Assembly: GCF_028641065.1 (NCBI RefSeq)
Contig: NC_073395.1
Coordinates: 21,080,001 to 21,144,000, forward strand
Length of the DNA: 64,000 nt
Reading direction: 5' to 3'
Source of the DNA: Leucoraja erinacea
Lineage: Eukaryota
Below the pieces are notes generated by a model that saw only the letters and a program-made list of their open reading frames with translations, was not told the DNA's origin and searched no databases. Position numbers and translations under genes: made by a program. This document shows, one piece after another, positions 14,001-25,478 of this stretch; position 1 is the first letter of the stretch, and every line of letters begins with the position of its first letter.

Positions 14001-17000
14001 AAATGTTTGCCATCTGTGTTCCATTCTTCAATAGCTTGCTCCACAGCAAATTTGTCTGGTGTAATGTAGAGGTTTTCTCCAATGCTATTAAAATATGGAT
14101 GGCCTTTTCCTGGTATTTTCAGAAATGGATTATTTATGAACTTGCATGTCTTGCTCCATGCTTTGGCAGTTTTAGCAAGTCCTGCATCCCAGCTCTAGAT
14201 TTGTGGAAAAAATAAAATTACATATATGCAACAGCATTTCAAGTGACTTATAAACAAAGTAAACCTAACTGAACATATTGAATTTGATTTTCAGTGAGAA
14301 ATCCAAGCTGTTAAATCTATTCCTAAAAGGGGCACTGTCGAGTATGGCTGCCCAGCCTGCAGCTGTTCGTCCTTTCGCCCTTTTTTAAAAATGTTTACTG
14401 TGTCAAGTTTTGTTTTTGGAGGTCTCGTCTTTTGATGTGGTGGTGGTGGGGGGGAAAGGGGGAAACTGTATTTCTCAGTCCCTACCTGGTCAGAGATGCG
14501 GCTTTCATCCGAGCCGCATCTTCGCCCCTTCCTCGCGGCCTACCAGCGGTACTGGAGCAGCGTTTCCCGCCGGGACCGGCCAGAACTTCAGCTTCGGCAG
14601 TGGAACAGCGCTGAAACACCATCACGGAGCGGGCAATGCCTCACCCGGGTCGCCGGGTGGTAAGCTCCGGAATACCGGGACTGCAAAATCCAACATCGCG
14701 GAGCGTCCAGCTGTGGGCGGCGCTGAGTTTAAACACCGCGGTGCCTGGGATCTCTCACCAAGATCGCCAGTGTTGGAGCTCCGACCAGCGCGGCCTGTGG
14801 ACTTCGGGAGCCGCACTGGTCTCTGGTAGCCATTCCAGACACTCCAGGCCGCTGAGAGAGTTCTTCCGACACCGGAGCTCCATCATCCGGCGAGAGGGCC
14901 TGAAACATTGGTCTGCCGTCGCGGTGACCTCAAATAGGCCCCAACCACGGGTGAACAAGAGGAAGAGGACTGGACTTTGCTGCCTTCCTTCTCAGTGGGA
15001 ACCATTGTGGGGGGATGTTTTTATGTTTAATGTCAAGTTCTTTAATGTTGTGTTTTACTTTTATTGGTGTGCTGCAAATGGCAACTCAAATTTCACTGCA
15101 CCAATTGGTGTATGTGACAATATATATGTCCTGTGTGTGGGAGGGGTGTGTGTGGGGGGAGGGGTGTGTGTGGGGGGAGGGGTGTGGGGGTAGGGCGGGC
15201 GTTGTGGGGAGGGCTGGGCTGTTTCCGGTCCCGCCCTCCGAAAATTGTGTCCGGTTGGAGACCTCCACCAGCCATCCAGAGCCTCCCATAGCTGCCTTAA
15301 AGACGTGACGGCGCAGGAAGGGGTGGACCGCCCCGTGGAGTGACAGTAGAAGGGCCCAATCGGCGCCACATTGAATGGTAGGAGAGGCAATCGATCTGCG
15401 CATGTGTGGTTTTTAAGATTTTTAAACCTCGATAATTCTTACCAGCTTCCACCGATCAGAACAAAACTTGGTGCAATCACAGTACTGGAGAACAGTAAGT
15501 AGGCTGGCAAAAAATCGTAGCACTATCGCGTACCATTTTTGCGCAAATAGAATGACCGCCAAACCGGAAGATAACAAGATCAGAGTTTCAGTTATGTATA
15601 GATTTCCAGCATCCCCAGTATTTTGGTTTCCTTCGTATTCCATCACAAGCCTGACTTGTGTTTTGTAGATGTTGAAAAGGTCCTGGAAGGTCAAGAGGGT
15701 CTACCATCTCTGTAGAAGACCCAGTTCCTGCTCTTGCTTCCTCAGTTGAGCTTCTGTTTAATGCCAAACCTCAGGACTTTGACCGACACAAAGTGCTAGA
15801 GTAATTCAGCGAGTCAGACAGTACAGTGCATTCAGAAAGTATTCAGATCCCTTCATTTTTTCTACATTTTGTGACATTACAGCCTTAGTCTAAAATGGAT
15901 TAAATTCATTTTTTTAATCACCAATCTATACACAATACCCCATAATAAAAATGCAAAAACAGTTTAGACATTTTTGCAAAGTAATTAAAAAGAAATAACT
16001 GAAATATCACATTTACATAAATATTCAGACCCTTTACTCAGTACTTTGTTGAGGCACCTTTGGCAGCGATTACAGCCTCAAGTCTTCTTAGGTATGACAC
16101 TACAGGTTTGCTACACCTGTATTTTGGTAATTTCTCACATTCTTCTCTGCAGATCCTCTCAAGCTCTGTCAGTTTGGATGGGGAGCATCGATGCACAGCT
16201 ATTTTCAGGTCCCTCCAGAGATGTTTGATCGGGTTTCAAGTCCGGGCTCTGGCTGGGCCACTCAAGGACATTCACTGACTTGTCATGAAACCACTCCTGC
16301 GTTGTCTTGGGGTCGTTGTCCTGTTGGACGGTGAACCTCTGCCCCAGTCTGTGGTCCAGAATGCTCTGGAGCAGGTTTTCATTAAGGGTCTCTCTGTACT
16401 TCGCTCCATTCATCTTTCCCACGATCCGGACTAGTCTCCCAGCTGCCACCACCATGCTTCACCGTAGGAATGGTATTGGCCAGGCAATGGTTTCCTCCAG
16501 GCGTGACGCTTCGCATTCAGGTTTTTCAATCTTTGTTTCACCAGTCCAGATAATTCTGTTTCTCATGGTTTGAGTCCTTTAGGTGCCTTTTGGCAATCTT
16601 CAAGCAGGCCGTCATGTGCTTTTTTACTGAGGAGTGGCTTCCATCTGGCCACTCTACCATAAAGGTCTGATTGGTGGAGTGCTGCTGATATAGTTGTCCT
16701 TCTGGAAGGTTCTCCCATCTCCACAAAGGAACTCCGGAGCTCTGTCAGAGTGACCATTGGGTTCTTGGTCACCTCCCTGCCCAAGGCCCTTCTTCCCCGA
16801 TTGCTCAATTTGGCCAGGCAGCCAGCTCTAGGAAGAGCCCTGGTGGTTCCAAAGTTCCATTTAAGAATGACGGAGGCCACTGCGCTCTTCGGGACCTGCA
16901 ATGCTGCCAAAATTGTTTTATACCCTTCCCCAGATTTGTGTCTCGACAATTCCATTGTCTTTATGGCTTGGTTTTTGCTCTGACATGCGCTGTCAACTGT

Positions 17001-20000
17001 GGGACCTTATATAGACATGTGTGTGCCTTTCCAAATCATGAACAATCAATTAAATTTACCACTGGTGGACTCCAATCAAGTCGTAGAAGCATCTCAAGGA
17101 TAATCAATAGAAACAGGATGAACCTAAACTCAATTTTGAGTGTCATCGCAAAGGGTCTGGATACTTGTGTAAATGTGATATTTCAGTTATTTATTTTTAA
17201 TTACTTTGCAAACATTTCTAAACACCTGTTTTCGCTTCTTCATTCTGGGGTATTGCGTGTACATTGATGATAAAAAAAATGTTTAAATACAGCTGTAACG
17301 TTAATGTAGATTGATGATGCATGTGAACCAATCACACATAAGCCAGCATCACTAACTCCACCCCACTATAACACTTATACTAACACTGGTTTCCAGCACC
17401 GCCAGTCTGAGCAGCTGACAACCCATCGTCCTTAACGCTGTTAAGTTTCAGTGCTGATTAAAGATGTGTTTAAATCATAGCCTCTGTGTCATGGTGCCTG
17501 TTTACATGGTGTCAGAAGTGGGATGATCTTCTGTATAACGGTTTTTATTTTATCTTTTGTGAGTTCTTGTTTTACTTTACGATGCCCTCTTCTTGTCGAA
17601 AGCCTGACCCTCTTGTCTTTGATGTGGATATCAGCGAACGCTGGGCCACGTTTGAAATTGATTACCAACACTACATGAACATTGCACACCGAAATGAACC
17701 AGATGCTGTCAAGGCCTCTCTCCTGCTGAACCGTGCGGACCCAACCCTCCGCACGGTTGAGAAGGGCCCAGATGCCCTTCGTCGATCCAGAACATTCCGT
17801 TATGCTCCGGCAATCCACGATGCCAACGACCAGGTAACAACCCCAGCTGAATCTCCCGATGACCCCAATGTTCTGCTGCGTAAACTAAGCCACATCTGTG
17901 ACCTGCCCTCAAATCACATTTTGGATAGGGCAAGGTTTTTCTCTCGTCGTCAGCTCCCTAGCGAACGAGTAGACTCGTTTATCTCAGACTTGATGTATTT
18001 AGCCCAGCGCAGCCGATTCCAAAATATGCCGGTTGATCAGCTGACTGATCAGTTAATGAGGGACATTTTAGTAAATGGTATTAGCGATCTAAAACTCAGG
18101 TCAGAGCTTCTGAGACGGCCAGATTTGACACGATCAAGCTTTACACGCATGCAGAACTGCCGAATTCATCGACCCCATAGACAGTTCGCATGAAACCAAA
18201 ACCATCAATCTGACGGGCCTCACTAGGCAGCGAACAAACGCAGATAATGGGCGATTTATGACCCAAGCTAGTCAGGCGGCTCCGAGCGGTCCTCAGAAGA
18301 GATGTGCCAACTGCAATTACTTACACAACAGACAATCAGCCTGCCCCACCCTCGGGAAAGCATGCAATTACTGCAAAAAGTTAAATCACTTTGCCTGTTT
18401 GTTGGGCAGCAATTCGGGCCTGAGGGAGGAATTCGCCCAGCTCCAAGTCTAATCTCAATTTTTTGCAACGAGACAGCAACAGTCTCACTCCCCAATTCCA
18501 GCTCTAATCCGCCCCCGACTTCAGCCCAATTAACTCGCAAGAGGATTCGACTGTTTATTCGTTACAGCATGCTGCTGCCAAGAATTCCGATCCGACCGTG
18601 ACGATATCTGTAAACAATGTACTTTGGCCCGAAAATGGACATCGGCGCGAAGGTCAATACTATGTCAATCAACCTCTTCAACAAGATTAGAACTAACGAG
18701 CCTCTCATCAAGGACAAATCCACTTAAATGCTTTTGGAGGGGAGGTGCTGGTTCCTCTGGGCAAAACCAACTTGAAATGTGTACTAAAAAACCCCACGAG
18801 GGATTTGACCTTCTATGTCTTGAACTTTAATTCAGTTATTCTGCTTGGCAATCATGCCTGTCAGGAACTGGGCTAATTTCCATTGATAAAACTGGCCACA
18901 AGCTGCAAATTTCGTTGGACCCACTGAGTGAATTCCCTGATCTTTTCGACAACACCCTAGGCAAGTTGCCTGTGACCTACAAGATTATTACTGACCCCGA
19001 TGTGACACCCGTCATCCGAGCCCCACACCGATTGTCATTTGCCATGAGTGACAGGGTTCATTCTATGCTGAAGGACATGGCTTCCATAGGCGTAATTGAA
19101 GCAGTCAGCGACCCCACCGCCTGGGTATCAACCATGATTGCCACAGTCAAGAAGGGAAAAAATGAAATCCGCCTGTGCATCAATCCGAAAGACCTGAACA
19201 CTGCCATTAAGCGCCCCCACCATCCCATGAAGACCGTCGAGGATGTTGCGCCAATAGTCGGAATGGCCACCCTATTTTCTGTCCTCGATGCTAAGAACTC
19301 TTTCTGGCAGATACCGCTGGACAAGAAGTTATCAGACCCCACCACATTTGCCACCCCATTCGACAGATATAACTTTCTGAGAATGCCATTCGGAATCAAC
19401 TCTGCCAGTGAAGTCTTCCAAAGAACTATGGAGCAGTTATTTGAGGACCTACCTTGTGCCATTATTGTCGACGATATCCTTGTGTATGGCAAAGACGCAG
19501 CGGAACACGATCACAATCTCAAGCTCATCTTGGAGCGCGCTCGTAAGATCAAACTCAAGCTCAATCCTGACAAGTGCAAGTTCAGGGTTCCAGTGGTCTC
19601 CTACGTCGGCCATATCTTCACTCCTGATGGCCTCAAACCCGATCCGAAGAAAGCTACTGCCATCACAGAAATGCCTGCACCCACAGACGTGAAAGGCCTG
19701 CAACGTTTTCCGGGCATGCTAAACTATCTCGGAAAGTTCATACCGAAACTCAGCGAACTAAGCTCCACACTGCGGCAGCTGACCAAAAAGGACACTGCAT
19801 GGTCATGGTTCCAGCAACATCAGGTTGCCTTTGATGCTTTAAAATCCAAACTGACCAGTGCATCAACCCTGACTTTTTTCCGACCTGAAACGTCCGATGA
19901 CGATCACCTGCGATGCCTCGAAATTCGGGATCGGCGCAGCCTGCTTGCAACCATCTGCCGATGGCACCCTACTACCTGCCACGTATACCTCTCACACCAT

Positions 20001-23000
20001 GACTGACACGGAGCAGCACTACACGCAAATTGAAATGGAACTTCTGGCTGTCGTCTTTCCCTGCTCCAAATTCCACGACTTCGTCTTTGGAAACACATTT
20101 ACGGTCGAGACGGACCACCAACCACTGGTGACAATCCTGAACAAGCCCATCCAGGCCGCGACCTAAAGGGCCGGTGCCACCAGCATTCGCCTGCATGTAG
20201 CAAGCACGACCAAACCAGAAGCGGGGGCCGCGCGGAGGTCGAATGAATTATATGAGGTTCGAGCAAAGTCCACGGGAAGTTCGCGCGTGACGTACAGCAT
20301 CGAGGCGGCTGCGGGCCGGCAGGCTGTTCCCGCGCAGAATTTTTGAACACTGTCAGTTTTTCGGAGCCCTGCGCGATGTTGGGACCAGCTCCGCACAACT
20401 CCGAAGTGGGACTGGCCCCGCGAGGCCGTACGGCTCAAGCGACCGTGTTAGGTCACGCTTGCCGCATGCAGGCGCATGCTCGTGGGACAGGCCCTTTAGG
20501 ACATGCATGTCGCTGACACTCTCTCGTACACCTCGGGCATCTTGTGCGAACAACACCCCCATGAACAGGAAAATTTCACAGTCCTCGGTGTCGATCTCGT
20601 CTCCAGTAAACAACTGCACACCCTGGCCGCGCACACTGCCACTGACGATACGCTTCAAACCCTCTCATCCATCATCAAAACAGGCTGGTCAGACAAACAA
20701 TCCGACACGCCCACAGAGGTGCAGCCGTACTTCTTGATCCGTGATGAACTGGTGTTTCAGGATGGTGTTGTCGTTAAGAGTCGCAAGGTAGTGATACCCT
20801 CATCGCTACAAGACAAATACTTCAAAGAGGCACACAGCGGTCACCCAGGAGCCGACTCCACACTGGCACACGCTCGCGGTCTGTTCTACTGGCCGGGAAT
20901 GACCAATTACATCCGGGACCGCATAGCTTCCTGCCCCACTTGCAACAACCTTGCGCCTCATCAGTAGCAGCAACCCCTTCTGCAGCAACCTCCGCCAGCA
21001 CTGCCCTGGACGTCACTTTGGTGGCAGACATTTTGGAACGGTGCGGAAAGTACTACCTCGTTCTGGTCGACTCCTTTTCTAACTGGTTTGATCTAGACCA
21101 ACTGACCTCCCTCACATCTGAGATGGTCATCAAGAAGCTGAAAAGACACTTCTCTGCCTATGGCGCTCCTGTCAGCCTGAGAACAGACAACGGTCGGCAG
21201 TTCATCAGCCACATGTTCAAGCTTTTCGCAGGCCGATGGAACTTCCAGCACGTCAAAAGCAGTCCCGAGTATCCATAGAGTAATGGACTCGCTGAACGCG
21301 CTGTCAGAAGCACCAAGCACTTGCTGGAGTGAGTGCGCATTTCAAAGTCAGACGTCTCGATCTCCTTCTTTTGGATACGGGAGAAACCGGAATATCCAGA
21401 GAAAACCCATGTGGTAGTAAGGCAGCAACTCTATCGCTGCACCACCCCATTAAATTATTTTTTCTGTAATATATTTATTATGGTGTCACGTGAATAAAGA
21501 TGAACACATGATTCTGATTTCTGCCCTTAGTTGGATAACACACATGTCCAATCATTGCGTTTTATGGCTGGTTTTCAACCTCTTCAGGCTGAAGGTCTCG
21601 ACCAGAAACATCACCCATTCTTTCTCTCCAGAGATGTTGCCTGTCCTGCTGAGTTTTTCTAGTTTTTAGTGTCTATCTTCAGTTTAAACCAGCTTCTGCA
21701 ATTCCTTCCTACACTATTTGTTAAGCAAAACAGGTCCTATTCTCATAATATTATTCACCTCAACTAAGTTTTTTCTTCACCTCCGTTGCTGCAGAGAATA
21801 CAATACCAGTTATCAAATCTTTCTTCAAAATGAAAAAAAAAATCCAGCCCTGCTAATGTCTTCATGAATCGGCCCTGGATCCTCTCCAGAACAATTGCAC
21901 CCTTTCTACAATGTGTGATAATAGCATGATTCTACAGCATGGAAATAAGCCCTTCAACCCAACTTCATGCCCCATCGAAACTAGACCCATTTATCCGCAT
22001 TTGGCCCATATCCTTTTAAACCTTGTGTGTGCCAGTGTGTGGATGAGAGTGTGTCAGTGTCAGTTAAGCGGCGACAACATCCGAAGTGAGCGGAGACTTG
22101 GCGATGCCCGGGAACGTTTCCCTCCCCCCCAGGTGCTCCTTGTCTAGCTGGGGTCCGGGGGAAGTGGGGGTCAGTGATCCGGGGGTGGTAAGGGTCAGTG
22201 ACCCGGGGGTCAGGCATCGGAGCGGAGCCTTAGCCCAAGATTCATTCCCGCGGCTCCGGAGGCGGCACCGAAGCCCCCACTCACCCGGTCCGCTCCTAGC
22301 TCCGGGCCGGGGTTAAAACTCCATGGGATGTGGACAGAGTGGCCGACGGACATAGAGCCACCGGAAGTGAGGGTGGGAGGTGTGTGCCGTGCCTCAGGGG
22401 GGAAAGGGAGGGGGGTTGGTGCTGGGACCACCGCCGTGTCCCACCTATCGCACCATCTGCATGGGAGAAACTAAGCTACTTTTTTGTTCCCCAAAATCAT
22501 CCGCCGGGTTGGTAGTTTGACAGCCCTGCTTTAAACCAATACCCTCTTGTGCTTGAATCACATATCCAGGCAAAAAGACTATGCATTCACATTATATTCC
22601 CGTCATGGTTTTTACTCACCTCTAAAACAATTTTTGCTTTATTTTGAACTTCCAGCACCTGCAGATTTTTGAGCGTGAGAAATATTGTGATCAGCGTGAG
22701 AGCATGAGAATTTTGTGAAATGCGTGAGTCTCACGCTTAATGCGTGAGAGTTGGCAGCCCTGCTAATAATGCAAACATTTTATGCAAATTCCAATTGTTT
22801 GGACAAAAATCACTTATTACTGCTTTATCACAGTTAAGTTACTTTAAGACCATTTCAGAAATGATGGCACTCATCAATCAACTAACAAATTAAAGCAAAC
22901 TAAAAAAAAACATGTTCCCTTTCCTGACTCTCATAAGTACTTTAACGCTGTTAACAGAGCAAAGGGATATTAATCTCAAGAATCAAAATGGGGAAAGTGA

Positions 23001-25478
23001 GGGCAATTTTGCATAAAATGGTAATTCTAAGCCCATTCAGATCTGCATACAGTCAGAGTTAGACAACATGTACATGGCTGGACCAATTTGTCCATAATGA
23101 TCAAGTTGGCATTCTGCGTGCCCAGGGACTGGCTGCCGTTCCCAGATCAGCTCGCGTCCCAGGGACTGGCTGCAGTTCTCAGGTCTGCTTGCCTGCCCCG
23201 ATCCTGCGAAAACAAATTGAAAAAACCTCACGGTTTTTCGGGTTACGGAATCCGGCCCGTGTGCCGTAGGTTGCCGAACCCTGTCCTAGATGTTTGGCCT
23301 CATTGTGGTCCCCCCCATGTTTTACAACCAATTCACCTGGTTAGTTCTATCTCCAGCTGCTTCATGTGGTCAGCAGCTGCACATCCAACCAAGAAAGAAG
23401 AGAAGAGACGCGATGTCACTCACAGCCGCCAACTGACGCGCTTCCCCAACATGCACAGATCGCTGTGATGTGGAGTGAAGAGACAAACTGTGCAGGGACT
23501 GAATTCAGCATGAGAATTCTGTCATCAGCGTGAGAATTGGCTGAAATGCACGACTCTCACGGTCAAAGTGTGAGAATTGGCAGCCCTGTCTAAGGCCAGG
23601 ATGTGACAACAGACACACAGGGAGACACATACACAAAGGAAGACACACACAAACACAGGGAGACAGACACACACACAAGGAGACAAAAAGACACACACAC
23701 ACAGGGAGACACACACACCTAGGGAGACACGCACACCCAGGGAGACACGCACACACACAGGGAGACACACACAGGGCAACACACACACAGGGACACACAC
23801 ACACACACCATTCCTTTCACCTCCCTCCCTCTTTCCTCCCCACTCCCTCTTTGCTCTCCTCCCCCTCATTCCTCCCCCTCCCTTTTTCCTTCCTTTCCCT
23901 CATCCCCATTCTCTCCCCGTCTCTCTTTGCCTCCATCCCTTCCTTATTTTCTTTGCCTCTCTCTCCCTCTCTTTCTCCCCATCCTCTCTTTTCCCGGCTG
24001 CCCAGTGGGGAGTCTGGCGGGCACGGTGTAGCCGTGTTGAAGGGCAGGAGAGAGGGAGGGAGGGTGGGAGCGAGGCTGCAGTGCAGCGCTCGCAGCCATT
24101 GCAGAGGCACTGACACCCGGCGGCTGCACATCCGACCAAGAGAGAAGAGAGGCAACGTCACTCACAGCCGTCAACCGATGCGCTTCCCCAGACCGCACAG
24201 ATCGCTGTCATGTGGCGCAGAGACAAATTGTGCAGCAAAGATCGAAAAGCTTTGCTATAGGATCCTTGCTGTGCAGAGACTGAAGACAGCGGGAGAATTC
24301 TGTCATCTGCGTGAGAATTGGCTGAAATTGGCTCAAAGCGTGAGAGTTGGCAGCCCTGATAATCAACTCTGGGAGATTAACAGTGGAAGGACCTGTCCAA
24401 GAGGCACTGTTGAAGATCCATCTAACTTTAGACTTGGTTTATACTCTCTAGATTTTAGGAGATTGAGAGGGGATCTTATAGAAACTTACAAAATTCTTAA
24501 GGGGTTGGACAGGCTAGATGCAGGAAGATTGTTCCCGATGTTAGGGAAGTCCAGGACAAGGGGTCACAGCTTAAGGATAAGGGGGAAATCCTTTAAAACA
24601 GAGATGAGAAGAACTTTTTTCACACAGAGTGGTGAATCTCTGGAACTCACTGCCACAGAGGGTAGTTGAGGCCAGTTCATTGGCTATATTTAAGAGGGAG
24701 TTAGATGTTGCCCTTGTGGCTAAGGGGATCAGGGGGTATGGAGAGAAGGCAGGTACGGGATACTGAGTTGGATGATCAGCCATGATCATATTGAATGGCG
24801 GTGCAGGCTCGAAGGGCCGAATGGCCTACTCCTGCACCTAATTTCTATGTTTCTAACTGCTCTTGCTGGGACAATTGAGCTTCTGGTTAATGGTCAACTG
24901 TAGGCTAGTGACAATGGAAGGACCTATCCAAGGAACACTGTAGAAGACCAAACTCCTGCTCTTACTGGGTCAGCTGGGCTTCTGGTAAACGGCCAACTCT
25001 CGGACATTGGCGGGGGGGGGGGGGGGGGGTCAGAGCAAGGTCACGTGACCCGGCCCGCCACGTGACGGCGAAGCGCGGGAAAGCGTGTTAACCGTCAATG
25101 GCGGGCGACAGCCCCCGGCGCCATTTGCAAAGAAACCACCAGTCAAAGACAACCTCGCCTTCTGCCCACTCCCGCTTCCACCACCCCTCCACGGTAAAGT
25201 TTTGGTGGAGGAGATCCATCGCCTTCCCTCACACCGAGGGGTACCGGCCGCCCGACTCGAAGCCCCGTAGCCGACCGTCGAAGAAAGACGGCGAGCGGAC
25301 AGCCGGTTACCATGAAGTGCATGTTGGAGGCTTCCGGCGCCACTATCGACCGGTATTGGTTGTGCGAATCCACGCACTTCCTGACGAACATGGCGGTAGA
25401 GTGGAACGTGATGGCGTGATCGGCCGAGGAGAGGGAAAGCAGCGAGTGAAGCCACAGGACGCCAACGGTTGCCGCCAT
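7945..25478 (-). CDS. GLIPR1-like CAP protein copy B, whole gene model (251 aa)
   Basis: join(25311-25478,13946-14194,12081-12193,8263-8348,8151-8177,7945-8057) = 756 nt, open frame, all GT-AG; signal peptide, CAP domain, Cys-rich hinge, terminal hydrophobic tail. Confidence 0.88.
8151..8177 (-). CDS. Copy B exon 5 (27-nt micro-exon)
   Basis: ttttcag|..(S)DPDRESIS..|gtatgt; phase 1-1 keeps the frame. Confidence 0.75.
8263..8348 (-). CDS. Copy B exon 4
   Basis: GNLKGELPYIRGPPCTYCGPDFCRNKLC; ttttacag| and |gtaagt. Confidence 0.88.
9073..11170 (+). mobile_element. 5'-truncated CR1 LINE, ORF2 reverse transcriptase region + 3' tail
   Basis: ORFs 9198-9842 and 9850-11034: KSPGPDG, GNYRPVSLTS, QHGFMKGKSCLTNLLEFF, YLDFQKAFDKV, SGVPQGSVLGP, KFADDTK; one deletion/frameshift; tail tttctatgtttctatg. 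Confidence 0.95.
11435..11712 (+). mobile_element. tRNA-derived SINE (HE1/V-SINE-like)
   Basis: B-box gggttcgatcc; V-SINE-like core gttctccctgtgaccgcatgggtttc; LINE-like tail gggcctgtttc..gtgtatctct. Confidence 0.85.
12081..12193 (-). CDS. Copy B exon 3
   Basis: LIWGDSYKLGCGANHCKKGIQNSNLTSGILFVCNYTP; 113 nt, same size as copy C exon 3; cttctag| and |gtgagt. Confidence 0.9.
13946..14194 (-). CDS. Copy B exon 2 (CAP core)
   Basis: SWDAGLAKTAKAWSKTCKFINNPFLKIPGKGHPYFNSIGENLYITPDKFAVEQAIEEWNTDGKHFDYYQNTCVKQQKCDRFTQ; ctag| and |gtaatc. Confidence 0.9.
14328..15129 (+). mobile_element. GC-rich non-autonomous interspersed repeat (unclassified, LINE-type tail)
   Basis: Abrupt GC-rich block in an AT-rich intron, ending in aatttcactgcaccaattggtgtatgtgacaatatatatg; no credible protein. 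Confidence 0.5.
15130..15602 (-). mobile_element. Non-autonomous Helitron 5' part
   Basis: Minus-strand terminus a|TCTATACATAACTGAAACTCTGATCTTG, homologous to the 5' end of the Helitron at 34083; left boundary approximate. Confidence 0.6.
15824..17305 (-). mobile_element. Tc1-like DNA transposon (defective, IR/DR type)
   Basis: TA|cagtgcattcagaaagtattcaga terminus with inner repeat at ~16020; ~200-bp IR partly mirrored at 17150-17305; transposase RHKSGEGYK...LSNRGRRAL.REVTKNP, QQDNDPK, WPSQSPDL (frameshifted). Confidence 0.92.
17507..17524 (+). promoter_or_regulatory. Primer-binding site complementary to tRNA-Leu 3' end
   Basis: TGGTGTCAGAAGTGGGAT immediately after the LTR CA. Confidence 0.8.
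20166..20496. mobile_element. MITE inserted in Gypsy pol
   Basis: ~30-bp TIRs aagggccggtgccaccagcattcgcctgcatg / catgcaggcgcatgctcgtgggacaggccctt, flanked by TA. Confidence 0.85.
22050..24358. mobile_element. Cluster of hAT-like non-autonomous element pieces
   Basis: Repeated CAGGG-type termini in one orientation (gacagccctg 22528; ggcagccctg 22762, 23588, 24358; gccgaaccctg 23283); 23398-23590 duplicated at 24140-24358; (CA)n and CT-rich filler. Confidence 0.6.
24428..24857 (+). mobile_element. CR1 LINE 3' fragment with TSD
   Basis: RLGLYSLDFRRLRGDLIETYKIL... + tail tttctatgtt; tctaact on both sides. Confidence 0.88.
25039..25066. promoter_or_regulatory. Paired E-boxes (USF/TFEB CLEAR-type) in intron 1 of copy B
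   Basis: Perfect palindrome GGTCACGTGACC (25039-25050) and CACGTGAC (25059-25066) in the CpG-rich exon-1 region. Confidence 0.45.
25311..25478 (-). CDS. Copy B exon 1
   Basis: MAATVGVLWLHSLLSLSSADHAITFHSTAMFVRKCVDSHNQYRSIVAPEASNMHFM|gtaacc; GC boxes upstream at ~25570-25603. Confidence 0.88.

Larger units (their letters stand above)
17305..21355 (+). mobile_element. Ty3/Gypsy LTR retrotransposon (Mag-like), 3'-truncated
   Basis: LTR ending tttaca (17506); PBS; gag from ~17582 with two Cys/His knuckles (CANCNYLH..C, CNYCKKLNHF..C); protease KMDIGAKVN; RT (RMPFGI, IVDD); RNase H (TCDASKFG, ETDHQPL); integrase (AHSGHPG..CPTC, TDNGRQF); no 3' LTR; LTR start uncertain (17294-17312). Confidence 0.92.

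Noticed and set aside
14410-15193. GC-rich ORFs of 139-185 aa (also 23851-24669, 56340-56861)
   Set aside because: Stop-poor GC-rich repeat bodies or read-through into CR1 fragments; no host protein signature
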